Assembly (NCBI GenBank): GCA_040285825.1
Contig: JAUPSS010000004.1
Location: forward strand, 5,299,784 to 5,363,783
Origin: Eukaryota sp. TZLM1-RC
Lineage: Eukaryota; Protista; Metamonada: BaSk clade
Length of the DNA stretch: 64,000 nucleotides
Reading direction: 5' to 3'
Shown here: in pieces, positions 36,213 through 49,700 of the stretch
Layout of the letters: the number at the start of each line of letters is the position of its first letter
Numbering within the stretch: the stretch's first letter is position 1
The notes under the pieces: model-generated
What the model was told of the DNA's origin: nothing
The model's database searches: none
The model's input: only the letters and a program-made list of their open reading frames with translations
Position numbers and translations under genes: made by a program

Positions 36213-39177
36213 TACCTGTTCTTTGTGCAAAACTGTTGGTCACACAAAAACAACATGTTCTCGGCGAAAAGTTTTGTCAGATGAAGCTGTATTGGCATCA
36301 TTATCTTCACCTATTGAGTCTATTGAGCCTCCACAGATACTTCATTCGTCTTCAGTCAGTAGTAATACAAAATCATGTTTGTTCTGTTGTTCTCCAGTTT
36401 CTGGATTCAATGTTTCGGGTCGACCTCTTTTGGTTTGTGATTCTTGCACGCCAATTGATCCTTGTAGACCTCCATTTGCAATCCCTCAATTCGTTTCTCC
36501 TGCTCATTCGTCTTCTCTTGCAACAGTTATTCGATCTTTAACCTTCTCTCTTCGAAAGGGCATTTAAAATCCTTCGATTTTTTGGAAATTTTTTCTTTCT
36601 AAGGCTATGTCTTCACACAAGAAATCTAAATATAAGAAGTCGGTTCCACAATCTACAAATGTCAAAAAGCGCTTTGAGTCTTTGATTCTTCGTTCACAAT
36701 ACTCTTCAGCACTTAAATTATTGGCTGGTTCTTCTCCTGCTGCCTTCAATGATGAAACATTGGATTCTTTAAATTCTCTTCATCCACATGAAGACTTCAC
36801 CATAAATCACATAGTCTCTGATAATGAACGTGATTTCTTCACTGCTAATCCTATCACTTGTGATGAAGTTAGTGTAGCTATTAAAGGACTTCCGTCTGGT
36901 CGTTCTGCTGGGCCTTCTGGACTTAGTTATGATCATTTGAAGTCCGCAGTCAACATATGTCCAGAAATCGTGGATGATTTAGTTTTCTTTTTCAATAGTG
37001 TCATCATGGGACGTTTCAAGTTACCACAGGCGTTAATGGCATCTCGTTTAGTTGCTTTAAATAAGCCTGGAGGTGGTGTCAGACCTATTGCTGTTGGTGA
37101 GTCCATAACGAGATTATTAGCAATTATTTCTTTTAAAAAGAGTTAAGTCATCCGCAATTAATTTTTTTCGTCCTTATCAGTTTGCTATCGGAATTCCTGA
37201 TGGCACAACATGTGCTGCGTTGTGTACAGATTTACTTTTCAATCAAAAAGGCGAAAATTATTTATTGAACATTGATTTTAAAAATGCTTTCAACTCCGTT
37301 TTTCGCTCCAGTATTTTGCATGAACTTGAACTACACTATCCTCCACTTTTGCCGTATTTTAAATTGATGTATGGATCACCCTCTAACTTAATTTTTCATT
37401 CTGAGAATATTGTTTCGTCAAGAGGGGTCAAACAAGGGGATCCATTGGGTCCATTTTTCTTTTGCTTAGCACTGCAATCAGTTTTGGTAAAATTTAAGTC
37501 GGATTTTCCTGACATTCATATATGTGCTTATGCAGATGATTTATCACTTATTGGCCCTTTGTCTCTTTTACAACACGGTTTACAACATTTTGTTGTTCTG
37601 GCCAAACAAATAGGGTTAGACATTAAATTGCCCAAGTGTTTCATTATTGGTAATCAGCATGCGGAGGTGGCATTTAATGAAACTTTTATCAAATACGTTG
37701 ATTACGAGGAAGATGCTATTCGGTTTCTTGGATCTTATTTTGGAAATAGTGAAAAAGTTAAATCGATTTTGTCAGGTATTTTGGAAAAAATCGAAGAGCA
37801 ACTTTTGGCTATTCAAGATCTACAAATTGACAAACATTTAGCGTTTTCGGTCCTCAATGTGTGTTTTGGATCAAAAATTAATTATCTTCTTCGTTCTTTA
37901 TCTCCCACAATTTCTCATGATTTTGCACGTCAATTCAATACTTTGAGAACAAATTTCTTAGGAAATTTAGTAGAAGTTTGTCCATCTAAAATTCCTTATC
38001 ATGCATTTTTTAGTCCTAAATTTGGTGGAGTTGGTTTTTCAAGAGCAGAGTATTTATGCAAAAGTGCTTTTATTGGTGGTATGAAAAATTTTCTTTTTGA
38101 ATGGAAACTTCGTTTTGATCATATTCCTTTGAATGAATCACATCCTTTATTAATTTCTCTTGACAAAATGGTGCAAGAACTACCTGTTGATGTTTGGAAT
38201 AGGAGTTTTCCTTCAAGTTTGCCTACTGTGCCTTCGAGATCTTTCACCAATCTTCATCTTGCTGTTGTGAAATTACAGAAGTCTGTTCTTATTGGTTTTG
38301 AAGACCTGGATTTTTCTAAACGACTTAGTGTGACTAAGATTAATAATCCCGTCTTTGCTGCCTATTTATCAGACATTCAGAACTGTACTAGTTTAATATC
38401 TCAGCAACCAAGGCCATTTGGTCTTCACTTAACAGATGAAGCTTGGAAACAAAACATGCGGTTGAGATTAGGGATGTATCCAAGTGGTCTTTTGGACAAT
38501 TCTTATTGTATTTGTAACAAAAAACCTACTGCCAATTTTCGTCATATTGTGAGCTGTAAGAAATTTCTCCAATATAGGTCAGTTCTTCATAATGCCGTTC
38601 GTGATGTGACATATGAGATGTTCAAGTGTTACAATTTTAGTTGCAAAGTAGAACCTTTGTTGAAGCATTATAATGATGATAATCTTTTTAATTCACGTCG
38701 AGGTGATTTAATTGCTCCTTTTGTGGATTCCTCTCAAGTTGTTGTTGATTTCACTACAATTGATCCCTTTGCTTTGGTTTATCGCGATGATGTTTTACTA
38801 AGTACTAATGGTCATTTGAACAAGGCTGAAGATCGTAAGAGAGATAAATATACTGAGATATTAAATGATTTAAATAAGAACCTTTATTCGAAGTTTTCGT
38901 TTGTTCCTTTTGCCTTTTCGATTTTTGGCAACATTGGACAATCCGCCTTGAATTTCATCAATGATTTTGGTAATTTATGTCGTTCAAGTGGTAAGAATTT
39001 TGCAGAGAATTTATGGAAAAATCGTATCATTTTCGCTTTGTACAGAAGTGTTCCCAAGTACTTGAGTTTAATGATGTCTAAACTTTATAAGGATTCATCA
39101 AGAGTTGGCGTGGAGAATTTAGTTTCTTATGTGTTTTAGTTTGTTCTATTTGATTCTTCGTAGAAAATAAATATTTG
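36213..39177 (+). mobile_element. Family C retrotransposon, near full-length, with a TAA (36565-36567) and a frameshift (about 37135)
   Basis: CSLCKTVGHTKTTC, CLFC..CDSC, SAGPSG, VRPIAVGE, QGDPLGP, YADD, RRGDL..VDF, EDRKRDKY. Confidence 0.92.
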
Positions 39178-39212
39178 TAATATAATATATAATATAATAT
39201 ATAATATAATAT
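39178..39212. repeat. TA/TATAA simple-repeat linker between tandem family C copies
   Basis: Reads taatataatatataatataatatataatataatat. Confidence 0.9.
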
Positions 39213-41085
39213 CGCTCCAGTATTTTGCAAGAACTTGAACTACACTATCCTCCACTTTTGCCGTATTTTAAATTGATGTATGGATCACCCTCTAACTTAA
39301 TTTTTCATTCTGAGAATATTGTTTCGTCAAGAGGGGTCAAACAAGGGGATCCATTGGGTCCATTTTTCTTTTGCTTAGCACTGCAATCAGTTTTGGTAAA
39401 ATTTAAGTCGGATTTTCCTGACATTCATATATGTGCTTATGCAGATGATTTATCACTTATTGGCCCTTTGTCTCTTTTACATCACGGTTTACAACATTTT
39501 GTTTTTCTGGCCAAACAAATAGGGTTAGACATTAAATTGCCCAAGTGTTTCATTATAGGTAATCAGCATGCGGAGGTGGCATTTAATGAAACTTTTATCA
39601 AATACGTTGATTACGAGGAAGATGCTATTCGGTTTCTTGGATCTTATTTTGGAAATAGTGAAAAAGTTAAATCGATTTTGTCAGGTATTTTGGAAAAAAT
39701 CGAAGAGCAACTTTTGGCTATTCAAGATCTACAAATTGACAAACATTTAGCGTTTTCGGTCCTCAATGTGTGTTTTGGGTCAAAAATTAATCATCTTCTT
39801 CGTTCTTTATCTCCCACAATTTCTCATGATTTTGCACGTCAATTCAATACTTTGAGAACAAATTTCTTAGGAAATTTAGTAGAAGTTTGTCCATCTAAAA
39901 TTCCTTATCATGCATTTTTTTAGTCCTAAATTTGGTGGAGTTGGTTTTTCAAAAGCAGAGTATTTATGCAAAAGTGCTTTTTATTGGTGGTATGAAAAAT
40001 TTTCTTTTGAATGGAAACTTCGTTTTGATCATATTCCTTTGAATGAATCACATCCTTTATTAATTTCTCTTGACAAAATGGTGCAAGAACTACCTGTTGA
40101 TGTTTGGAATAGGAGTTTTCCTTCAAGTTTGCCTGCTGTGCCTTCGAGATCTTTCACCAACCTTCATCTTGCTGTTGTGAAATTACAGAAGTCTGTTCTT
40201 ATTGGTTTTGAAGACCTGGATTTTTCTAAACGACTTAGTGTGACTAAGATTAATAATCCCGTCTTTGCTGCCTTTTTTATCAGACATTCAGAACTGTACT
40301 AGTTTAATATCTCAGCAACCAAGGCCATTTGGTCTTCACTTAACAAATGAAGCTTGGAAACAAAACATGCGGTTGAGATTAGGGATGTATCCAAGTGGTC
40401 TTTTGGACAATTCTTATTGTATTTGTAACAAAAACCTACTGCCAATTTTCGTCATATTGTGAGCTGTAAGAAATTTCTCCAATATAGGTCAGTTCTTCAT
40501 AATGCCGTTCGTGATGTGACATATGAGATGTTCAAGTGTTACAATTGTAGTTGCAAAGTAGAACCTTTGTTGAAGCATTATAGTGATGATAATCTTTTTA
40601 ATTCACGTCGAGGTGATTTAATTGCTCCTTTTGTGGATTCCTCTCAAGTTGTTGTTGATTTCACTACAGTTGATCCCTTTGCTTTTGTTTATCGCGATGA
40701 TGTTTTACTTAGTACTAATGGTCATTTAAACAAGGCTGAAGATCGTAAGAGAGATAAATATACTGAGATATTAAATGATTTAAATAAGAACCTTTATTCG
40801 AAGTTTTCGTTTGTTCCTTTTGCCTTTTCGATTTTTGGCAACATTGGACAATCCGCCTTGAATTTCATCAATGATTTTGGTAATTTATGTCGTTCAAGTG
40901 GTAAGAATTTTGCAGAGAATTTATGGAAAAATCGTATCATTTTCGCTTTGTACAGAAGTGTTCCCAAGTACTTGAGTTTAATGATGTCTAAACTTTATAA
41001 GGATTCATCAAGAGTTGGCGTGGAGAATTTAGTTTCTTATGTGTTTTAGTTTGTTCTATTTGATTCTTCGTAGAAAATAAATAAA
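39212..41085 (+). mobile_element. Second, 5'-truncated family C copy, head-to-tail with the first
   Basis: Near-identical to 37303-39170, with homopolymer frameshifts. Confidence 0.93.
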
Positions 41086-41174
41086 TATATACTATTTGAA
41101 TTAAAATTTAATATATTTTTTGTTGGTTTTTCGAACAAAAAACTTGGACTGACCAGCTTTTCAAGCAACTTCAT

Positions 41175-44100
41175 ATGTCCTCCAAGGCATGTTCGTCATG
41201 TTTCTCCCTGGAGATCTCGTTCAACTCACATGTAAACACTTACTTTGCCTACACTGTCTTGCCGCCTTCAAAGATCTCGAGCTTCCAACCAACTGCTGTA
41301 ACAATTTCATTACTGATAATATTGCTTTTGATGCGAATTCACTGCAGTACAGTCTTTCGACCACCACTATGAGCAAATGTCACAAAATAACGCAATTTCC
41401 CTACCATGTGTCAGCGAATATCTTCACTGGTCGATTTAACGGTAATGAAGCACTGTTTACCCAACCATCTATTGTCGCCAAAGATTTCCAACAGAGCATT
41501 TTACCTGAAGTCCTTGGCCAATTGATCATCCAAGAAACAGTCGATCGCCCCCATGATTTTGCCACAATTATGGGTACCACAACTGATCCATGTGGTATGT
41601 TAAGTTGATAACTATAGGCATAGTGATCTACTTGCTTCATAAAACAGGACAATGATAGAATCACTGGTGCTGTGCTGTCACTCAACTATCAACGTCTTGG
41701 TATTGATACCAATGCAACTGTTTATGATGCTCCAGAACTAGTGACTGGTGATATCATCTTTCCCATTCATGCATGTGATGTATTTAGCCTGGGGGTTTTG
41801 TTTTATACTATATTGTCAAACTCAGATCCAATGAGGATTTTGAGTTGTCCAAGATTAATTCAACTGACAAGATCCAAGTTGAATGGTATCTTGGTATCAT
41901 TCAAATAATGGTGGATTCAGATCCACAAAGGAGACCATGTTTTGATGTTGTTACAGAGATGTTTAGTTTATTTAAGCTACCACTACTAAAAGAAAACCAA
42001 GCCTTGCAGAATCAAGTGGTAGCTTTAAGAGAATTGTCCAGTAATCAAGCTGAAACTATTCAAGTTCTTGAGCAAAAATTTACTGAAATCAAAACTAACT
42101 TTTTGGAAGTCGACGAAAACAACAAACAATTGACAACAAATCTTAAAATCACAACTGAAGAACTGCAACAATTACGATTTGAACAATCTACTAATCAGGC
42201 TACAGTTGCTGATATAGCTTCTCTTCAGCAGGAACTTGAAGAATCTCGACTGGACGTTCATAACATTTCTAATGTACTTCAACAAGAAAAAGCTAATCAT
42301 AAGGCTGAAGTTGCCAAACTTTAAGCGTATATTGACAACCCTGTACCTCAATTAGAACGCATTAAGCAGGAAATTGAAGATTTGAAATCTAAACCCGTGT
42401 CCAATATAATGCAAAGTCCAGCAAGCTCTGCTATTTCCACTCCTATCAATGATTCTCTTCAGTATTTGGCTAATAATGATTTGTTTATTACCTTTTTTTG
42501 TACTGATCATCAAACAAAAACTATAACAGAGTTGTTAGTTTCAGCCAAGAAAGCAAAGCATCTCTTACAACAGTGTAATAACATGTCTATTACAAATAGA
42601 AGAGTTAGTTTCTTCTATCCTAGTAAGTTTATCATGTCTCTCTTTTGTCAGTTCCTCAATACTGGCAGTGTTGATCTTTCTAGTTGTTCATTGAATGACA
42701 TTCGAGTACATCTTTTATCTGCAATCGCATACTATGAGTTACGATGTCTATTTGTGATTTGTGTTCAGTATTTTTTTCTGCATCAGGAATTCTCAGATCA
42801 AGATTTTCGAAACTTTGCTCATTCATTGTCACAGAAAAGGTGTTCCACATGTTTAATTTATTTCGCTGATATAATTAAAAATTTTGATAAAATTCGGGGA
42901 TTCAAAGAGAATTGTCTACGGACTTTGTGGGAATACACTCCAACAATCATTCCCAACAACAACCCAAACATCACTTATTCTCATATTTCCACAGTTTTGT
43001 CTAGCATTGTTATGGAAATGAACAAGTGTGTTGAGGTTTATCCCATATCCTTTACTGGTTTGCTGTATGGTCATAATGAACAACAATTGAAAGCAATTTC
43101 CAAGGTAATTCAAGCTATTGAGTTCAATCGTTTGCGTACTAATGGATGCTTTTTAACTGAAGTTATCGCTACTGTGTCAAGTTGTTGTAAGAAGAAACCA
43201 CAGTTTGCTTCCCGGTTTCTTGAAATCTTGGCAATATGAATTGTTAAAGCAAAGGATTCTGCAGTAGTTTTGACTCAAGAAATGTTTTCTCAATTTCAAA
43301 AAGGTGATTTTTCCAAGGACAAAGATGAATTAACTATTCTTCTTTTTGAAAATGTCAAAATTAAAATTTCCTCTGAATCTGATGCGTTTATACATACTTT
43401 GATTAATTATTCAAATTACACTCCAAATGCTTCTCGTACAATCTACAAGAATTTATCCAAGGCTGGTCTTAGACTTAGTCAACCACTGCTTCAAAAAGTT
43501 TTACAATTCAGAAATTGTCAAATTCTTAATGTATGTTTAGAAAATATCCCTTTCCAGACCAGTACTGATATTGATCAGATGTTTAGTTTGGTTCTAAATA
43601 TGTTTTGCACTTCAAGTGACGAAACTAATGTCAAGTCCTACTATGGAACCATACATAGGTTTTTGAACAAAGTGAGCGAAACAAGACAGAAATTATCTCA
43701 TACTTCATTTGACTATTTAACAATTCGCATGGGTTCCAATCCTAACAATGGAATTGCACTTATTGAAACATTGCCACTGCAGATATGGACAGAAAACTGT
43801 GGCTTTCTTTTAGTGATGAAGTCTTTGATACAATTGGTTCTAAATTCAAAAGCAAACCATCTTCGTAATCGTTTCGTCAAAACTGCAAAAATTGTCTTTG
43901 AAAATGCTAAGAATGCAAGTCTTCGTCCCAACAGTGAAGTTATGACTGAATATGTCAGATTAGCTTCAATCACAAACAGTCCTGAATTAATTCAATTTTG
44001 CGTTGATAATTTCGATTTAAGGAGCTGTACTGGGTGGTATGTTGACGGATTGTCACCAACAATTGCCATTCTTGAAGCATTTGTAGTGAACGGATCAATT

Positions 44101-44247
44101 CCGTCATGTTTAAAAAGAGATATTGTGATGGTTTTGACAGATTATGAGGCTCAGGGACTTTTCAATACTTCTGAATTTGAGGAACTCACTGATAGACTTT
44201 TCAGTCAACGTGTTAGTTCTGCCGGACGGTTGAATGTGATCATCTAA
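41175..44247 (+). pseudogene. Disrupted RING-like / kinase-like / coiled-coil / helical-domain gene
   Basis: CSSC..CKHLLCLHC..CC; kinase C-lobe motifs YDAPELV, CDVFSLGVLFY, DPQRRP; coiled coil at about 41990-42380. ORFs 41845, 42382 and 43270 are in one frame separated by single stops. Confidence 0.6.
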
Positions 44248-44332
44248 TCAATTCAGTATGTGCAACAGTTTTATAGCTAGTTTCAAAGATTTTGTGTTTT
44301 TATTTTTTTCAATTACACAGATTTGTTGTTGA

Positions 44333-44585
44333 ACATTTGAAGTATACTCCCCGAACATTACAGAAACGATTGACCGGAATGTATGAAAATGATCTTTATA
44401 AATACAATATGCAGCTCGGCTGTTTTAAATCAAGATCTTCGCTCATGGTTATTGGAAAAGGGTGTTTGTGAAAGCAAGTCATCAGATTCTTCACTGTATG
44501 TAACCATTGTACCAAGAAGATTTGGATTGTGTGCCACTAATGAAGTATTTGTAACAAAAATGAGATTACATTTGAACATCCCCAT
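44333..44585 (+). mobile_element. Internal family A fragment
   Basis: Matches about 10170-10420 (VPRRFGLCATNE). Confidence 0.8.
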
Positions 44586-46099
44586 AATAATTGGCCATTT
44601 TGAAGACAAAAGGCATACCATAACTTCAGCACTTTACTAGTCAACATCCCCAGAAACAAGAAATCTTTACAGCATGTCAGACATCTTTCATCAAGATATC
44701 TCTGACCCTAATCCCCCAACTAACATGCAGCAGGAACCAGCGCCACATATACATAATAAAGAGGATAACGAGGCAACGGACCCGGATCCCACCTCCCCCT
44801 CCCTAAAAGTGAAAGATGAAAGAGTTGACGAGGTCCCTTCATCTTCAGCAATGGAAGAGGTAACGAGAACGGACCTGGCTCCCTCTCCCCTCCCAATTGT
44901 AGAACCTGTCTCAAAGGGAACGGATGGAAATCCCACCTTAAACACGTCTTCTGCATTAGGAGAATATGAAGAAATTCATATAATCTCAATTTGATGAGAT
45001 GGAAGGAGAAGATGACTCCAGTGATGGATCCTCCTAACAAAGACACAGAGCCTTACCTCGAATCAATGGACTTTTATTCATTCGAGCAGCTGCCTTCCTT
45101 ATGGAGCCAAACACAAGAAAAGTCGACCAAAAACGTTGTAGACAAAAGAAAACAGTAGAATTCAGTATTTAGTTCTTAGTAGTTATAGTAATTTAGTTAT
45201 TTGTTCATAGTTTTAGTTTCATATTCATATAAGCTGATTCATTTTGAAAAAGGGAGGAAGCAGTGTTGGCGCCCTTCGGCTTATGTAGTATGATTAGAAA
45301 AAAAACCAACTTTTCCTCATTGACTTTTCTTTACTACAATAGACTTTAGGCAACAACACTCATTTCACCATAATCAGTAAAAGCTTTGGTTACGGTACTT
45401 GAGTCGAGTATCGGCAACGGAGCAGCATCTTAAACAATGAAATTGGCCATTTACGCCAAAAATACAGTTGTGGAGAAGAATCATTTTTACATTGTTTTGA
45501 TTTGTAATAGGGTGAAAAGGCACAATAGTGCTCAGATTACACCATAATTCACTTCGTGGCAATAGTCTAGCAACACTCGGGATTTTTGGCCCAAATTCTT
45601 CAAAAAGATAATTGTTCAAATGACTGGATGTTGTTTTTATTTCAGTAATTCCATCACAAGATATCAGAACTATTGCGCTTCAAACTAAATCGTACTGTTA
45701 CTTTTTAATACAATATGAGTGTAGCTGGGGAAGTTGATGGGCGGCTGAAACATAACCCACGTCATTCTTTGGTAATATAGATCAATATGACAGTCTGAAA
45801 ATGTCAAATGGTTAATTTCAAAAAGATTCACAGTTTCTCTTTACTGAAAGTAAGTTGTAACCATAATTATTGATTGGAACAAGTTATCAAAGAAAAACAA
45901 GTTTCAAAGACAATGTTTAATGATTCTGAGATGTGGTAAAACAGTTTAAATTTTGCTTGGTTAAAGGTACTTTAAAACTTGTTAAATTTCTTCATCGATT
46001 GAAGTACATCACTGATCATAATGAACTCGAATGGTACAGAGTTTGTTGAACCAAGTTATTTTCTAATAAAACCCTATATTATTATTTTTCTTATATGAT

Positions 46100-46490
46100 T
46101 TACCTGTAGGTATGAACAAAATACATGGCAGAAACATCGTTTTTGTTCCAATTGGAATTTCTATTTTCGGTACTTTAGGCAAGGAAGGACGATCTTTCTT
46201 GAATGATTTAAACAGTTTCTTGAAAGACTAAGGACGTTCTCTTGATCAACTAATTTGGAAGAACAGAATAGTTTTCTCACACTTTAAGGCTCTACCACTT
46301 TATTTTAACTCAATACTGTCAAGTATTACTGAGTTTGACAATTTACGTGCTCATGAACCCCTATATAATGAGAAGCTGCGTTCATTCTGTTAATGATCAC
46401 TTATTGAGAATCTTGCTTTGCATTGTTGTTTATAGTAATCTTGTTTGCATTCTGTTTTTTAATTTTTTTTGCATTCTTGGAATAAAGCCA
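46100..46490 (+). mobile_element. Decayed 3' end of a further RLE element (possible sixth family)
   Basis: FVPIGISIFGTLGKEG..FLND and IWKNRIVF motifs, then AATAAA. Confidence 0.6.
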
Positions 46491-46774
46491 TTATAATTTT
46501 TCGGGAATATACCAGAACATTTAAATACTCACACTCAGTGCATTGTTAACAAAAACAGAGCTAGTTTCAGATTTTGAGGTTTATATGTTGTTGCAGCCAA
46601 ACGAAGCGAAAAGATTCTGTGTTCAGTGTAAACCAGAACATTTCGTGTCAACATTTGTCTTGAAAAAGCCGAGAACAGTAGCAGATTTTATGACATTATA
46701 AGTCATTGTAGATATAGGATAAACATACAAACAGCTATATACAAAATTTTATACAAAAAAGCAACAACAAAACT

Positions 46775-49700
46775 CTAATCCATTGGTTTGTAAAGATGCT
46801 TATACTTTTGAATCAAATCCAAATGTTCATCAGGAATCCTAGAGATCAAAGTCCACCCTCTCTTCAGCTTTCTCTCCAACCTATGCTTCAAATTAGGGTG
46901 ATTACGTAAATCGTAAAAGAAAATAAATTCTTGGTTGAGACAGTGTTCTAACACTGTTGCTAATGTTAAGTTCAAATCAGAACATGCAGCTGGTTCTTTG
47001 AAAGATAGATAGTTGTCTTTGCTGATTTGAAGATTACTAACATCAGCCTCTACATAGGGGGAGCGGCATCAGAGTGCCGTCTAGAGGCATTGGGGGGAGT
47101 AAAATCAATCTCAACTGAGTAACTACCAAAAACTACCATCACACGTTTACAAATATTATTGACAGGCGCTGTTGGTTTAACAGTGCAATTGAAGCTAGAA
47201 CTGGAAATTTCCTTCTTGAAATGCTCAATAACAGTATCCAAATCATCATTTGGACAAGAGACATCAATGTCGTTGGCTGCAACATTTCTGACAACAAAAT
47301 CCCTAATGTATCCCCCAAAAATGGTACAATTACATTTCCAAATTAAAACATAGCAGAAATGCTCAAGAATTGTTTATCTATTGAGAAGTTCATCATCAGG
47401 AGGAATACCACTGAGTAACCTTCGAAGTCGAGGGTTGGAATCAATCAAATCGCCATTGTCATCGTCATAATCAATGCTTACATCAGCAGCAGTTAATTCA
47501 CGATGAACAACAGCATTGAGAAGTACAGAAATGTTATCCAATGCTTGAGGAATTCCTAAGTAAAAGACAGATTCACTGGAATCAAAAGAAAAAGTTAAAG
47601 TTTCTTTATCACCCAAGGTCAACTGGCTGACACTGGCTGCTCTGGAAACCATGTCGTTTAACTTGGCCAAAACTCTTTGTTCCATGGAAGATACAGATGA
47701 AAAATCATAAAGATTGACTGTGAATTTGGAAAAAGAGGGAGTTGATGTTCCGTGATCTTGAATTCTCCTAATCTTTCTTCTGTTTCCAGATTCAGTGTTT
47801 AATTGAGTTCCGTCAGCAAAATTAATGAGATACTCTTCAGGTCGTCCAGGGAACCTAAGTTTAATTACAGAAGATGAAGCCGACTGTAAGTACTGTCTAT
47901 ATGCATTATCAATGGTTGTGTGTCTGTGTAAATCGTATTGTCTCCATAAACCTTGGTCAAAGTACTGCCAAGTGCACTTAAAAGACATATCGACCTTAAC
48001 AATTTCCCTTTTAATCTTCCTCGTGTAGGATGTTTTGATGTTTTTCTGGGTGTAATCATCAAAGTTGATCAAGTAATCCTGAGGAATATCATCCCTTAAC
48101 CTGACGATATTAGTGGCAACAAACGACGAAGAAGATTCATTAAAACAAGCCAGACTGTACTGAGATTCGATTAATCTTGACATTTGATCCGTATATTGCT
48201 CCCATTGAGAATCATCCTGCCAGTACCAGGAAGCCACACATGGATGTCACTATGAATATTGACAGAGTTTAATGAATGGGCCTCAAAATGAACAGGTACC
48301 ATTGGATTGACAGGTTTCCAGTCGATTTGGCTCTTGGAAATCTTTGGATGATCCATTTCAAGTACCAATAGAGGTAGACAGTACGTTGATTCAAAGTCAA
48401 ATGGATTGTTGACAACATAACAGTACCCAGATATCTCCTTAAAGACACCATCTAATGGAAGAATGGCGGCAACAAACATGTAACGACAGTTCCTTGAGTA
48501 ACCAACTGAAACCTCAGGCTCTTCAGCGACACCAAAATATTCACCAGGTCCATGTACCTGTCCACTTCTGTACTTTGGATCAAAACCATCATAAGCTATA
48601 GACTCAACAGCAGTGGCTGTAGTACCGTGCCAAGCAAACTTGACTTGAGAAAGACAAGAGACACCATGTTTTCGAACAGTTTTGACAAAGCGTTGGATGG
48701 CAGGACAGCCTTGAATTAAACAAGGATTTCTGTATGTGGATGCAAGACTTGGAGAAATGTTCCACATATCTTGAACAAATTGTTCAGCTTTCTTGAACAA
48801 TGACTCCAAATAATTTCCTGAACTTTTCTTCAGTTTGGCATAGTCTTCACAAGTGATTCCAGAATGTGCAACGTCATCGACACAACCACACTTATCACAC
48901 TGCCCTGATCCACATTGGGGGCACGAGTGGAAGGTGTTCATTTTTGCCATGATGGAACGGCAATCATCTTTTTTACAAACAGTAATATTTGGATATTTAC
49001 CTGGAAAAGAAAGAATATGGGAGTTGATCGCCATTTGAATGACTTTGAAAAAGCCAGAAGTTTGATCAAAACAACGCCTTATGTCTGTACAGCTGATTTT
49101 TGTGTCACAATTGGGACATGACAACCCGTGGTCATCGGAATTCAATGCCACTCCCGCTGAAAACACACAATGTACATGATTCTGTAGGCACTCTTTACAG
49201 AAAGAATGACCACAATGGAAGAAGGTGTTAAGAACATTGGAGCTATTGAAGCAAAAGCAACAGGATTTTGGGTCTAAGGTGGCTTCAGTACCCTGATTCA
49301 AAAAGAAATCGTCAAGAAATTTCTTAACTAAATCCAAATTAACAGGAGAGCCTGGTTTAATATAAATCTGAAGCTGAGATGAAAAAATAAGATTGGTAGA
49401 AATAGAGTCAATTATTGGAGATATCAATTGTCGGCCGAATGTTTTACAATGAAGCGAGAACCTATCCTTGCCATTCCTACCCATAAACAAGCTTCTTTGA
49501 GACTTGGTAAGGGAAATTATTTCAAAGCGTGTTCTAAAATCAACAGCATAATCATTTATGGCTCTCAAGAACTGACCTTGCAGTACCCCATCTCCAAAGA
49601 TTGTGAGGAAATGCTTCCTTCTCCTTCCCTTCTCGTTAGAGCAATGTTGAACAGTTACTCCATTGTCAGTTTCAAACCGCCTGAGTTTCCCAGTATCACT

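Noticed and set aside
31806-39139. Group II intron, retron or DGR reverse transcriptases
   Set aside because: A C-terminal knuckle plus RLE, AATAAA 3' ends, 5' truncations and TSDs indicate non-LTR retrotransposons.
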